Position numbers and translations under genes: made by a program
NCBI GenBank assembly: GCA_946965045.2
Contig: OX337236.1
Location: forward strand, 2,666,001 to 2,730,000
Direction of reading: 5' to 3'
Origin: Epithemia pelagica
Taxonomy: Eukaryota; Protista; Bacillariophyta
DNA length: 64,000 nucleotides
In this document: positions 51,101-61,592 of the stretch, one piece after another
How positions within the stretch are numbered: the stretch's first letter is position 1
Layout of the letters: each line of letters opens with the position of its first letter
Notes under the pieces: model-generated
Told to the model about the DNA's origin: nothing
Databases searched by the model: none
What the model saw: only the letters and a program-made list of their open reading frames with translations

Positions 51101-51794
51101 CTAGGGACGTGAGATTGGGATGACTCAAACTACTCAAGACATCGTCTCCCAAGGAATGAGACGGATCACGAGAGAGAAACAATTCCAAACTGGCATCTCC
51201 ACCACCCGCAGTGGTGGTGGTCGTAGCTTCGCCCGCATGATGATGATCCACTGCGGTGGGAGCAGCAGATGGAGCCGTGGTGGTTCCAAAGGCGGATTCC
51301 GCGGACACATCGGTAAAATTGCCCCATCCTGAAGCATCGGAGGACTGGTGGTTGTTGGCAGAAGAAGAAGCAGTTCCTCCAGCGGATCCACCACTCGGCT
51401 GGGTTCCTCCTCCCGTTCCACCCGATTCTCCCGCACCATTAGTAGTAGTAGTAGTAGTCGAAGGAGTGGGTGCTTCTCCATGGTTCCTCCCATTCAAGGA
51501 GGAAGAAGAAAAGGCAAAGGCCGAGTCGGTAGGAGATCGACTCGTTCCTCCAGTAGTTCCTCCTCCAGTAGTTCCTCCTAAACTAACTCCTGCCAAGGCT
51601 TCTCCCAACGACTCGACACCATTCGTTGTAGAAGTCGTACTTCCATTGCTCTTGGAAGTTCCAGTCACTCCTCCTCCTTCTTGCACGGATTCCGTAGGAG
51701 GATGATGATTGTCATCACTCCCATTGGTTCCTCCCACAAGGCCACCTTCTCTTGCCGCTGCCGTCAAAGCAGTAGCCGCCACAACCTCACTCAT
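48108..51794 (-). CDS. PUM: Pumilio/PUF RNA-binding protein with 8 PUF repeats and long disordered N- and C-termini
   Basis: Repeats DQVGCRLVQQ, DPFGNYLFQK, NLHGTRSVQK, DSHGNHVIQR, HRHGCCVIQR, DAYGNYVVQY, QKFSSNVMEK and DPFGNYVVQR; poly-His/Gln/Gly tail. Confidence 0.95.
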   Translation of the reverse strand: MSEVVAATALTAAAREGGLVGGTNGSDDNHHPPTESVQEGGGVTGTSKSNGSTTSTTNGVESLGEALAGVSLGGTTGGGTTGGTSRSPTDSAFAFSSSSLNGRNHGEAPTPSTTTTTTNGAGESGGTGGGTQPSGGSAGGTASSSANNHQSSDASGWGNFTDVSAESAFGTTTAPSAAPTAVDHHHAGEATTTTTAGGGDASLELFLSRDPSHSLGDDVLSSLSHPNLTSLAAGENGSSAAATGTPPTPTDPPVNASSAFRLNGGLGIPPSDALPSNNNNNNANTAAAMIPKNNTSGSGGTSSNGTTHHHRGGDTTGARTESPASAVTAGTTSTTRSASSYNNHNNHNPSAPPTGSIQAFPPYSSEAPATDASGAPLMMMVPDYASSFIMNPPNNNNSTTTGPPPPSSPAYHPHNTSATSNSTVSSPYSTKSTSKAYPSFPNNNNSNNNNPPNEFGAATSTNTIPPSLVDPAQPGQVLYMAVQSPDGRGQVLQPVQMVQLPGKQMAYVVAGPAGMAAPLPPPPQEPLDPYGGAAAATAAPTGLAGPSLGVIGGTPDSSMQVNRNPMGTTGPTVNTPTNNNSTNGTNGRGMPGTSGGSYGGGASGMAPPGVTEMGRSYSDTREGGDYGRSAAGGAPFHADPTIASLYASPQRPPLDALLGQVRRLSRDQVGCRLVQQALDEEGPMAASLILQEGLPFWGEAMVDPFGNYLFQKILEKVTPEERIMLVKSVSTRLVNASLNLHGTRSVQKVVELCAADEPPAPQSGANETGETSADILTEALSPAAARLCIDSHGNHVIQRIILKLGSRHSEFVFDAVAASVGDVARHRHGCCVIQRCLDSAPSEARSHLVHRIVEKALELMQDAYGNYVVQYVLDVCSDEDVHAVCESVVGKVNLLAIQKFSSNVMEKCLERCSERVKECYMKEMSDPERVRELMMDPFGNYVVQRALSVATHAQAIRLVEAMRPHLVTTTTATGPSMPGGGVIGGGQRNGGVRNTAGGRRIIAKICRRFPNFSLTPGEQDLYRRNHHHHHHHHHQQQQHGGGGGGVSSPMSGGGGGHHHPHHHNPHHHHHQNPHHHHHSPHEELYSRNKGRYQGMPSPSNNNNNHHHSTTNSLMNGGISNMAPPGGHPLTAAAGPAPTYGAVGGGFLRSPVVPPEVVGLRAGTTPGYGGPPPPPPPPPPTSYYNPLGIGGAPLGGVAAATGPPYYDPFNASNEGGIGGIDGSLGGTYM

Positions 51795-52553
51795 ATTTGT
51801 TCTTTTTTCTTCTTCTTTTGTCTAATTTACAACAACACAATAACCCACAAACTTGTACAAAACCAACCAACAACAACAAGTCTACTCCACAACGACACGA
51901 ACGAAAGGTCCACTTGAATACAGCATTCGGTCTCTTTCAGATAATAGGTACAATATAGCAGGATCGAGGAGAAAAAGCAAGGATCGAGGAATCTATTCAA
52001 AACGAAGAAAGGAATATACTAGCAATCGGATCAAACGAGAGGATCGCAACTGTACACACAGTAAAAAGAGAGAGAGGATTGGAGTTGGAGATGTGTGTGG
52101 AAACGATGAGAGCAAACGAAACAACAAACAACCAACCACCACAGATCAAGAGGATACAATAGCTTTTTGGGGCACAACAACAACACGGAGAAAATAATAG
52201 AGGGTGGGGATGATATGGGGCACGTGTATGTGGTGGGGACCACTGTCAGATGGACAGACGGTCGAAAGAGGAAACCCGTGACCGGTTTCGCGGCGAATGA
52301 CCCCTGTTTCCGCGACCCTATACTCCCCGTATCCACTATCTTCGAAAAGTTTCATAATACTCTTTAAACTATTATGAGTACAACCGCTGAAAAGTATAAG
52401 TTTTTCCGCGATCCCCCAGAAGGCAGGACGTCATCGACGTCCTTCGTGACGATGGATACTCCTTCCTGCATACAAGAATGGGACTGGGTGTGATGTCTTC
52501 CACCCCACACACGAACGAGAAGGCGCGCTTGCACACCACACAAACAAGTGCTA

Positions 52554-52841
52554 CCGTAAATAGCGGAACTTAAGAACCACCAAATGTCCTCATTTCGGGC
52601 AAAATGGTTCTTATCTTCCGCAATATAACAAAAGGGTGACCCCTGAAAATTTTCTTATATCTCCCCTTTATTGTTCTTAAAATTCGGGGGGTGAATGTTC
52701 ACATCTCTTTGGAATAGGGGGTGGTGGATGCATGTGCACCTAAAATACTAGGTATTGGGAAGTGGGGGTGAAGGGACATGTCCGACAAAATGACCAAAGT
52801 GGTTCTTATAAGCGGTGGTTCTTAAGTTCCGCTATTTACGG
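52554..52841. mobile_element. 288-bp MITE with 28-bp perfect TIRs and TA target duplication (Tc1/mariner-pogo type)
   Basis: GTGCTACCGTAAATAGCGGAACTTAAGAACCACC (52548-52581) is the exact reverse complement of 52814-52847. TA sits at 52552-52553 and 52842-52843. The interior is AT-rich and non-coding. Confidence 0.88.
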
Positions 52842-53187
52842 TAGCACGGACATTTTTACCTTTTGGTTGTGTGGTTGCGGTGGCACGACCGAGGAGGTGT
52901 ACGTGTGTCCTCGGAAACGGGGGCATATGTTATCTGGGGGCCCCACAGAAACAACACCGGAAACGGCAGATGGTCCAAGATACGCGAATCATCCACGAAC
53001 CCATCCATTATCCGCGACCACATCCGAAGGTATGACTACTCTCTAGCGAAGAAAATATGTACGTTGGAGTCGCAGTTAAACAACTTGTTTCCCATGATTT
53101 TCAGTAGATTTTAAATCAAGCCGCTTGGGTGTAAAAATTGGAATCTGGAAGCATTGGTTGTCGTCTCGTCCTATCAATCATTCCATC

Positions 53188-54777
53188 ATGAGATTACGCG
53201 GAGCAACATGGCTTGCCACTGCCCAAGGTGGTGGCGACAGTGGCGGCGTCATCTCCACAAACAAGACGACAACAAGTGCTGCACCATTTTTCCAGGAGAC
53301 GGGGAGAAGAAGAAGAAGAAGAAGAAGGACCTTGCAAAGTAGTAGCAAGGCCACGAGTTTCCCAGAAGGAGGAGAGATTTGTCACAACGTTTCGTCTCGA
53401 CCGTTGCGGGTGGTGCTCTTCTTGTTCCTAGTATTTCTCATCTTCTTCTTGTTTGGTACAAGGGTGTTGTTGTTGTTGTTTCCCTATGACACTTCTTCTT
53501 CTTCTTTTGTTGTTGTTGGGTGGAACCACAAGGACGACGACGAGGATTCCAGGTCATGGTTGCTTCCCCAAGAGTATTTGCATCCCTCGGTTCTGGCACC
53601 TCCTCCCTTGACGGAATCGCAATATTTGCCCTGTTTGCATCGAGCCAAGCCACAAGAACCGCCAAACCTCGTTCCATTTCACCCAAATCGTTCGTCGTCC
53701 ACAAGGTGTCCCACGGCCGTGGATTTGATTGCCTCGCATCGTTTGCCACAAACAGATGTGCGTCGACGACCCGTCACCACAAATCAAACGGCGGCACTCT
53801 GCTTGTTTCTCAAACACGAATCCTTGTATGTGACGGAATTTGTCGATTATCATTTGGCCTTGGGATTTGACCAAATTTACATTTACGACAATGGTGCTAC
53901 ACCACAAGAAACCAACAACAACAACAACAACAAGAATCCCCCCTTGCTTCTAAATCGACCCGGTGTTGTCGTGACATCCTGGCCTGGAACCGATCAACAA
54001 ATTCCCGCCTATCACCATTGTTGGCAAACCTTGTTGCATACCACCAATCATACCTGGATGGCCCTCCTCGATGTCGACGAATACATTGTCTTGAAGAAAA
54101 CAAACAAGAACCAGAAGAAACATTCCCTATCCTCCCAACAACCATCAGTAGTACCGCACATTGTCGATGACTTTTTACAAGTCTATTGCCAAACGGGTTC
54201 CGTCAGTGTCTATTGGCATGTCTTTGGACATGCCAATCAAACGCGGTATCGACCCTATCCCTTGACCCAACGCTTTCGCTATCGAAGCGCCTATCCTTCA
54301 CCCGGGGGGTACAAATCCATGGCCCGTATTGCCCATGTCACCAGTGTCCACGTGCATGACATTAAAGTCCATGACAAGAAACATAAGAATACGACGCACC
54401 AGAATTATACCCAACACAATGTATTTGGACATGACATGCGAAAGAAAACGGCACAACGCTTGGAGGGGCCGCAATTGCTGGAGGCCACCCAAACCATTGC
54501 CGCCATTCATCATTATTGGGTCAAATCTCTGGAAGAATGGTACATTAAATCCTGTTGGCGGGGACGACCCGTGGCGGGACCATCCATGCAAGAATCCTCC
54601 AACAACAACAACAACAGCAACCCACTGCGACACAAGGTGAATTGTCATAAATCGTGGGCCACGACCACGCGTCCCCCCGTGGCCAGTGACGTGTATGACG
54701 ATGCGGCCTGGCAAACCTTGAAACAATTGGTTCCCGCCTATGCGTATTTGGAACAACCACCACAACGATACCACTGA
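53188..54777 (+). CDS. Glycosyltransferase family 92 / DUF23-like type II membrane protein
   Basis: TM segment VVLFLFLVFLIFFLFG; AALCLFLKHESLYVTEFVDYHLALGFDQIYIYDN; WMALLDVDEYIVL (DxD); HHYWVKSLEEW...RGRP. Confidence 0.88.
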   Translation: MRLRGATWLATAQGGGDSGGVISTNKTTTSAAPFFQETGRRRRRRRRTLQSSSKATSFPEGGEICHNVSSRPLRVVLFLFLVFLIFFLFGTRVLLLLFPYDTSSSSFVVVGWNHKDDDEDSRSWLLPQEYLHPSVLAPPPLTESQYLPCLHRAKPQEPPNLVPFHPNRSSSTRCPTAVDLIASHRLPQTDVRRRPVTTNQTAALCLFLKHESLYVTEFVDYHLALGFDQIYIYDNGATPQETNNNNNNKNPPLLLNRPGVVVTSWPGTDQQIPAYHHCWQTLLHTTNHTWMALLDVDEYIVLKKTNKNQKKHSLSSQQPSVVPHIVDDFLQVYCQTGSVSVYWHVFGHANQTRYRPYPLTQRFRYRSAYPSPGGYKSMARIAHVTSVHVHDIKVHDKKHKNTTHQNYTQHNVFGHDMRKKTAQRLEGPQLLEATQTIAAIHHYWVKSLEEWYIKSCWRGRPVAGPSMQESSNNNNNSNPLRHKVNCHKSWATTTRPPVASDVYDDAAWQTLKQLVPAYAYLEQPPQRYH

Positions 54778-55688
54778 CGACCACCACCTGGCAGCACGCA
54801 CCACGACGACGACGACGACGACAAACTCGTCGTGACAAGAACCGAGCCGAAACGTAAAAAAAGAAGGCCGAGACTCATGGGTTCCTGCTCTAGTAGAGTT
54901 GTCTCCCACACACTCCGAGAGACTGCACTACTCGACGCTCCAATCTCATTTGGGCGTCCGGACCGACGAGAGAAGGCCTCTGTGTGTGTGTGTGGATTCA
55001 TGCTTGTGTGTTTGGGTCGGGGAGAAGAAGAAGAAGAAGTACGACGACGATGACGACGACAAGAAGCGGCTTGTCTTGTGGGACGACGACGACCCTACTA
55101 CATACGCTTTTACTTTCCATGTTTGTGAGATGCTCGAACGCAGAATTCTCCGGAAACAAGTTTGGACTCTACCAGAATGTTTCCACCACAAATGTTCTCT
55201 CTCTCTCACGTTGACCCTGGATTCTCTTGGGAAACGGTCAGATCTCGAGCCGCTGTACCAGGTCTTATCATGACAAAAAAAGAGAGACTCCTCTCTCTCT
55301 TGGTTTCTAGTTGGAGCTGCTGTTTCCGTACAAGGACGACAGTCCTACTTACAGGCTGTAATATCGTGTTTGTGCTACTGTCTCTAGAAGGAGCATTCGC
55401 TCGATACTATAGAGTGGTTTCACCAAGGGTAAACTGTTATGAGATCTACCCACCATTAAAACGTATCCTTGTGTATCGTACCGCCTTCATGGATGCATGC
55501 TGAAACGAAGGTACAAAAATGTCTGTGGGTGCGTATCCATCCACGGGAGGGTCGATTGCGTTCCAAAGGGCCCCTGCGACTCCGACCGATACCGTGCAAT
55601 TGGTTTGGCAATCGTCCTGCATGGTATGGCAATCAGTTTGTACCAATCGTTGGTGCTTCCACCAACAAGTCGGGTTTGGAAAAACGGT

Positions 55689-58600
55689 TCATCCTCCAGC
55701 CTCGCCACCATCCATCGACCCAGAAATGCCTTGGGCTTCCGTAGGGTGATGGTTATGGTGGTGGTCGAGGAGCAATTCGGTAAATTCTTCATCGTCCGAT
55801 ACGGTTTCCTCGGCCAAGAGCGGAACTCGTAGTACCAGGTCCCATGTCAGGGTACTCCAAATCCGAATCTTGCCGCCACTTCGAGCCAAGGCCGACGACG
55901 GTTCCCGCAGTTTGTCGTCGTCGTCGGGATCCTCGGACAGAGCCATCCATTGGCCGTCTTGACTAAACGACACGGACCCAATCGACCGTCGAAAATGATT
56001 CATTCGCGTATCCGAGGAGAATTGGGTCACTTGGGCCACTTCCGACCAAAAGACTGTATCAATCACTTTGAGCTGTTTGCCTTGGCCCATGACGGCAATG
56101 TGACGTCCCGAAGGACTCCATTTCAAACTGGCAATGGAAAAATCAATCGTCGAGACTTGATGGACCATGATCCAGGTATCCTTATTCTCCGGTGCACTCG
56201 TGTGGTGGTGTACCGAACCTGCTTGGTGGTGGTCCTGCAAGTGTTTGGAGGAGGAGGCGGTCCGACAAAACACGGTCAGAGTACCATCATCTCCTCCCAC
56301 CGCCAGGAAACGGCTACTGGGTCCAATGGCTACCGCTCGGACCGGTGTCGGTTGGCGTGCCACAATGGCCGCCTCCATCGTCAGGTGGTGATTGGACACT
56401 GTGTCGTCCCCCAAGACGTCGACGGACCGATAGACACAAACGGCACCATCTTCATGACCCATGACCAACACCTTGGAACTCCAATCAAAGCAGGTACTAC
56501 TACTACTACTACTGGAGGATTCCAGTCCTTCGGCAGACGAGTCCGCACCAAGCACGAGACAGCACTGAAATTCCGTTTGCGGATTCAACAACCGAAGCAT
56601 GCCATCGGTTCCCAGGACGGCCAGTCGTTCATTGTTTTTGGAAAAGGCCATGGTCTGAATGCCTCGGGTCCCCGGCACCGTGGCGACCGTCACGACTGTC
56701 CACGAAGGTGCCGTCGCCACGATATGGACATGACCATTGTGATGGGAGGCACAGGCCAAGAGACGACTGCCATTGGAAAAGGCCAGACACGTCATGGGAT
56801 TCAAAAAGTCGAGTTGACAGAGGGGATGCCACGCCATGGCCGCTGGATGGTTGCTGTGGTGATTGGTCGATCGCACCGTGACACTGGCATGATCGGCCGA
56901 TGCCACGGCAAAAAAGGCCGATCGTCGAGATTTGCTTCCCCGCGAAAAGGCCACCGTGGCCAGGCAGTGGGGAGTCCACGGTTCGGAGGAGGACGCATGT
57001 TCCAACCGGGGTTGCCAGGGAAAGTCCTCGTCTTGTCGTGGGGATGGCGTTCGAAACACATTGTCGGAAAGAAACATCCAGTCATGCTCCTCCTCCGCCT
57101 TGTCGTCGTCGTTCCGGTCCGGCCACGGAGACGGGTAATTGGATCGTCGGTTGGTACTGCTGTGGTCCTCCCCAAAGGACGACGAGAGTGCGCAACTACT
57201 ACTCGTCGTACTGCCCAAATGATAGGACGACGATCGACACGAACCCTCCGTATGGTTGTACGAATGGTGCATGAGACCCGCCTTGAGGACCAGGGCCTTG
57301 CCGGAGGAACCGCCCACCACCAAGTATTGCGGAGGCACGAGCAAACTCGTGGGAGCGGCTTGTCCCCATACGACGGAATTCACCCCTCCCACGGACAATT
57401 CTTGAATGGTGGAAAAGCTCTTGGTGTCCAACAGTTTGGTCGTACTGCTCTGGCCCGACGAATCTCGGGTACACACCACCAAGTACTGCCCCGTCCCCGG
57501 CGACCAACACAAATCCTGAATTCGAACCGTACTACTGCTAGTCCCACCCAAACTATGGCTGCGACGATGCTGCGAACCCAACACTGGTGGCGATGGTGCC
57601 TCCTCCAACGTGACTTGTCGAAGGACATTTCCCGTGACCCGATCCACCACCAAGATCTGCGGACAGGCACATCCAATCGCCACGACTTGTCCCTGCGGAT
57701 GCCATTCCACACTCGTCACGGCGGCCGGACACTTCCATTGATGCACAACCTTGTGCGTCGTGGCATGAAGGACGGTACACACCTTGTCCCATCCTCCAAT
57801 GGCCAAGAGGGTACTGTCGGGACTCCACTCCAAGGTTGAGACGAGTCCCACCACGGGCACGTCCGTCACGACCCGCTTGGACAAAAGGTCCACCATTGCC
57901 ACCGTTTCCTCGTATCCACCAATCGCCACCGACTGTCCATTGGGACGGAATCGCACGGCATAAATGCGATCGACGCGGGGAATTTCCACCACCACCTGCA
58001 CGACGGGAGGACGGGAATCCTCCTCATTGTTCGGGTCCTTGTGGACGCTCCAAATGACACAGGTTCCATCGTCGCCGCCACAGGCCAACCAACACGACGA
58101 CGTATTGTCATGGGTGGTCGTGGTGACACTAAAATCCAAGGACCGAATCCGTCCTTGGCGTTGCAACGTGCAAATGGGACCCAGTCGTTGTTGCCGCTTC
58201 TTGGTATCCTGGTGGTTCCAGGCGGACAAGGCCGGCGGTTGTTCGTCCTCCTGCAAGACTTGCGTGACGAGGACTTGGCCCGATTCCGTGCCGACGGCCA
58301 AATACAGTGGAGGAGGAGTAGCCCGTTGCCACATGGGAGGAGGATTGCTGCTGTGCGACTGGAATGATGATGACGACGACGACGACAAGGCCACGGCCCC
58401 AATGGCATCCTTCTTGGGAGGACCAAAGGACGAGGACGTCACGGATGCTGCAGTATCTGGATGACTGGTATCGAGTTGCGCCCAAATCAAGCTTTGATGC
58501 AACGAGGCTTCAAAGTCGTCCTGGTCGTTGGACGTTCCAAAGGGATCTTGAGAAAATTCTTCGGCGCGCGGCGGTTGGGACTCCACGGCAAAGGGATTCG

Positions 58601-59501
58601 GCTGGTTCCACTGTGGTGGTGCTGCTGCGGGTGCGGATTGACTGGCAGTCCACTGACTGCTGGTATCGTCAAGCGACGAGACGGCACTCTGCTGGTCTTC
58701 GAGCAGTGCACTCGTGTTGCTGTTGTTGGATGGTTCGTGTGGTGGTGGAGTGGCAATGACCAAGGGAATGGTCGAGGACTGATCCTCCGAGGGCGGCGGC
58801 GAGTTCGGAACCGCCGTGGGTGAAACCACCCGAGGAGGAGGAGGAGCCTTGTTGTTGCTGCTGCTTCGTGGTTGATCGGCTCCCGTGGACGTGTCGGCCC
58901 CCTTTTGTGGTCGACGATCCAACGACGATGATGAGGACGAGGAGGAAAGAGAGGGACGCCGCCGATGCGGACTAGAACGAGAACGAGGCGTCGTGGTCGT
59001 TTGATTGGGAAAATACAAGGCAATCGGAGGAGGGTCGGCCGCCGTGGACGTGGACGGTCGTCGAGGTGGTCGAGTCCAGTGTGTGGGTGTGGAGGAGGGT
59101 GGTTGTGCCGGAGAAGAAGAGAATCCAGTGGAAGAGGACACGGCCGAAGCCGGAGTCAAGGGCAGCGTCTTTTCTTCTTCCTCGTCGTCGTGGTCCTCCT
59201 CGGTCTGTTCGGTAGGGTCCGCATCCCCCTCCAAAGGTGGTTGCTGCTGTTGCTTCTTTTTGCGGGGAGGTGTGGTTTTGGTAGGTTCGTAAAGGACACC
59301 CAACTTCTTGTGGGGGCCTTTTTTGCCCAGAGCTTTGCCGTTGCGGGTGGCTGGTGGTGGTTTTCGAGTGGAGAAACTCGTGCTCTTTTGGATGCTCTTC
59401 TTGTTCTTGTTGTTGGTGGTGGAAAAACCTGCAGTGTCCTGTTCCGACAACAATCGTTCCCCACCCTTTGCAGAGGGTGGTGTACTAAAACAATTCCCCA
59501 T
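55689..59501 (-). CDS. WD40-repeat protein (probably multi-propeller) with an N-terminal MGNCFS acylation motif and disordered N-terminus
   Basis: Many WD-type repeats (WLACGGDDGTCVIWS, VSTLEWSPDSTLLAIGGWDKVCTV, FLAVGGDDGTLTVF, ASLKWSPSGRHIAV). The ORF extends to 59567; MGNCFS at 59501 is the more plausible start. Confidence 0.88.
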   Translation of the reverse strand: MGNCFSTPPSAKGGERLLSEQDTAGFSTTNNKNKKSIQKSTSFSTRKPPPATRNGKALGKKGPHKKLGVLYEPTKTTPPRKKKQQQQPPLEGDADPTEQTEEDHDDEEEEKTLPLTPASAVSSSTGFSSSPAQPPSSTPTHWTRPPRRPSTSTAADPPPIALYFPNQTTTTPRSRSSPHRRRPSLSSSSSSSSLDRRPQKGADTSTGADQPRSSSNNKAPPPPRVVSPTAVPNSPPPSEDQSSTIPLVIATPPPHEPSNNSNTSALLEDQQSAVSSLDDTSSQWTASQSAPAAAPPQWNQPNPFAVESQPPRAEEFSQDPFGTSNDQDDFEASLHQSLIWAQLDTSHPDTAASVTSSSFGPPKKDAIGAVALSSSSSSSFQSHSSNPPPMWQRATPPPLYLAVGTESGQVLVTQVLQEDEQPPALSAWNHQDTKKRQQRLGPICTLQRQGRIRSLDFSVTTTTHDNTSSCWLACGGDDGTCVIWSVHKDPNNEEDSRPPVVQVVVEIPRVDRIYAVRFRPNGQSVAIGGYEETVAMVDLLSKRVVTDVPVVGLVSTLEWSPDSTLLAIGGWDKVCTVLHATTHKVVHQWKCPAAVTSVEWHPQGQVVAIGCACPQILVVDRVTGNVLRQVTLEEAPSPPVLGSQHRRSHSLGGTSSSTVRIQDLCWSPGTGQYLVVCTRDSSGQSSTTKLLDTKSFSTIQELSVGGVNSVVWGQAAPTSLLVPPQYLVVGGSSGKALVLKAGLMHHSYNHTEGSCRSSSYHLGSTTSSSCALSSSFGEDHSSTNRRSNYPSPWPDRNDDDKAEEEHDWMFLSDNVFRTPSPRQDEDFPWQPRLEHASSSEPWTPHCLATVAFSRGSKSRRSAFFAVASADHASVTVRSTNHHSNHPAAMAWHPLCQLDFLNPMTCLAFSNGSRLLACASHHNGHVHIVATAPSWTVVTVATVPGTRGIQTMAFSKNNERLAVLGTDGMLRLLNPQTEFQCCLVLGADSSAEGLESSSSSSSSTCFDWSSKVLVMGHEDGAVCVYRSVDVLGDDTVSNHHLTMEAAIVARQPTPVRAVAIGPSSRFLAVGGDDGTLTVFCRTASSSKHLQDHHQAGSVHHHTSAPENKDTWIMVHQVSTIDFSIASLKWSPSGRHIAVMGQGKQLKVIDTVFWSEVAQVTQFSSDTRMNHFRRSIGSVSFSQDGQWMALSEDPDDDDKLREPSSALARSGGKIRIWSTLTWDLVLRVPLLAEETVSDDEEFTELLLDHHHNHHPTEAQGISGSMDGGEAGG

Positions 59502-60424
59502 GCTATGAATCAATTGAACCAGACTACGACGATTCTTGTGGCGCTGTTGTTGCTCGCCTGGCACCATTCACGCCACAGCCAGTCAATCGACACTGTTGGA
59601 ATGGCACTGTCTACGATTGCTTGCTGCCCAATACGGAAGGATGGTATACTTGACTGAAACGGCCGAGAGAGCCAGAAACGTTCCGGGATACACGCAATCT
59701 TTGGACGATTTGGATGGGTCTTGTTGTCGTGTGTGTCTCGGCCGACGGACTGCGAATCCCGCCTGGCGTGCCCAACGGCGTAGGTAAGTGACACTCGAGA
59801 TGTTTCATTCCGGAAAAATCAAATCATTGTTACGTATGTTTAATGTTCGTAACACTCGGGAGTCGTTGGACCCAACCGATCAACGGTCCAGGAATGCCGC
59901 ACCCAACGAGATCGAGAACACGCACGGGCTCAACGCATCCTACACGAGCCCATTGTATATTGTATTCTTCTTCACGCAATGCGCACCCCACCAAACGCGC
60001 ATCTGCATCTCGCCCTCATTTTTTCAGAACCGAGAACACACGTGTGTTTGCACCCAGGGATCCAAACACTCTAGCATGATCCAATACTACTACCGTGTCG
60101 GGTCTCATTCGCTGTGGCAAGAGACATGTAGTGTTGCGCGCGTCCAGAATCCTCCATGGACGGAGAGAGCTGTGGAATACTCTACTAGTAGCATCTAGTA
60201 GTGGGTATTATTGTTGGAGACTCCAAACGAGGCCGTCGAGCTCCAGTTCTACCTCGTTCGGACGGACGGATACGGGAACCCAAACAAGGTTCCAGCACAC
60301 ACGTGTGCTTTATGTAGGAGAGTGTGTCGTTGGGTTCCGTGGGACGGAATGGAACACCCCAACGTCTGTTTGTCTGTTTGGTTGGTGGACTCTCTCTTCA
60401 CTCGCAAACCACAAGCAACAATGG

Positions 60425-60480
60425 TCGACCAAACAAGCAGAAGAAGAAGAAGAAGAAGAAGAAGAATGACCATGAGGATG
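60425..60480. repeat. (GAA)n microsatellite
   Basis: gcagaagaagaagaagaagaagaagaagaatga. Confidence 0.7.
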
Positions 60481-60812
60481 AGGAAAGAGACGACAACGAA
60501 CGCATCCACCCACATCCTGGATACTGGCACAGTCAACTCGTTGCTCATCGAACAGAATCCAAGTCCAGAAACCAACAAACACAACAGGAGAATTTCTAGT
60601 AGACAATTGCGGATTCTTTTTCGACTACTCAAACAGAATATATTAATATGATAGCCCATTGACGAACAAACAAACAAACACGACGGGAATTTTGATACAC
60701 ACTTGGATTCGTTTTCTTCCTTCACCCACACACTCAGCGTCCAACGGCTTGTCCAGTAACAAAAAGAGGTCCCCCGAGCTACTTTGTAGGAACGAGATCC
60801 TCTCTCCATGGG

Positions 60813-61592
60813 TTACGGTGTGAGGAACCACCATTGTTTCCCGACGACGACGACCCTTGTCGTCCCAACCAGGGACACCAAGGCAGTGGTCGCCACCAAC
60901 CACACTGCCGCCGCCCGACGCCGGGAGGCGCCCCGTGTTTTCTCATCACCACGAACCCAGTTCAGGCCGGTGGCGAGTGGCATGGCCACGAGACTGGCCA
61001 TGACAGTCTGGAGAATGACCATTCCAACTGCTTGGATCCCGACAAGCCGTGTCCACGTAACGGAGAACGACGACCACCGAGCCACGGCACCAAGGGTCCG
61101 ATTCACCAGGAACCAGGCCAGGACCAAGGCGGGACCATACCGTACCAGACGGTGTCGCAGTGACAGTCGTTGTCGACGACTGTTGCGACTCGAGCCGGCC
61201 GTACTAGGGGTGGCGTCGTATCCATGGGTCCACAAGGATGGCATGGTAAACCAATCGCCTGGTTGCCCTGTCGTCGATTGGTTCCATCGTGGTCCAAAGG
61301 CTCCCAAGTTCCTGCCGTGCCACCGATTCTGTTCGGCGTGACGAATTTTGGCGTACTGTTCCGCCGTCAACCCGTCGGGAACATACGATGACTTGGATGT
61401 GACAGCCGGAGGAGGATTGTTGTTCTTCTTCTTCTTGAGAATTCGAAACAGGTGCAGTCGGCTGGAGCTTGTGGTTGTTGTGGTTGTTGGCTGGTAGTTA
61501 CGCCGTATGCATGGTGTGGGAACAAGAAACGAACGACCGTGCCCCACAAGGAGGAGGAGCAAGCACAAGACGAGTTGGAGACCGAGTCGCAT
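60813..61592 (-). CDS. Putative plastid-targeted membrane protein (259 aa)
   Basis: Signal peptide MRLGLQLVLCLLLLLVGHGRS followed by F (ASAF-type junction) and a Thr/Ser/Arg-rich transit region; then YVPDGLTAEQYAKIRHAEQ...NLGAFGPR and C-terminal hydrophobic helices. Confidence 0.7.
   Translation of the reverse strand: MRLGLQLVLCLLLLLVGHGRSFLVPTPCIRRNYQPTTTTTTSSSRLHLFRILKKKKNNNPPPAVTSKSSYVPDGLTAEQYAKIRHAEQNRWHGRNLGAFGPRWNQSTTGQPGDWFTMPSLWTHGYDATPSTAGSSRNSRRQRLSLRHRLVRYGPALVLAWFLVNRTLGAVARWSSFSVTWTRLVGIQAVGMVILQTVMASLVAMPLATGLNWVRGDEKTRGASRRRAAAVWLVATTALVSLVGTTRVVVVGKQWWFLTP

Noticed and set aside
48098-59800. Long antisense ORFs over PUM, GT92 and the WD40 gene (e.g. 49770-51104, 55950-57839)
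   Set aside because: Antisense shadows of well-supported genes in GC-balanced, trinucleotide-rich coding DNA; no independent domain content.
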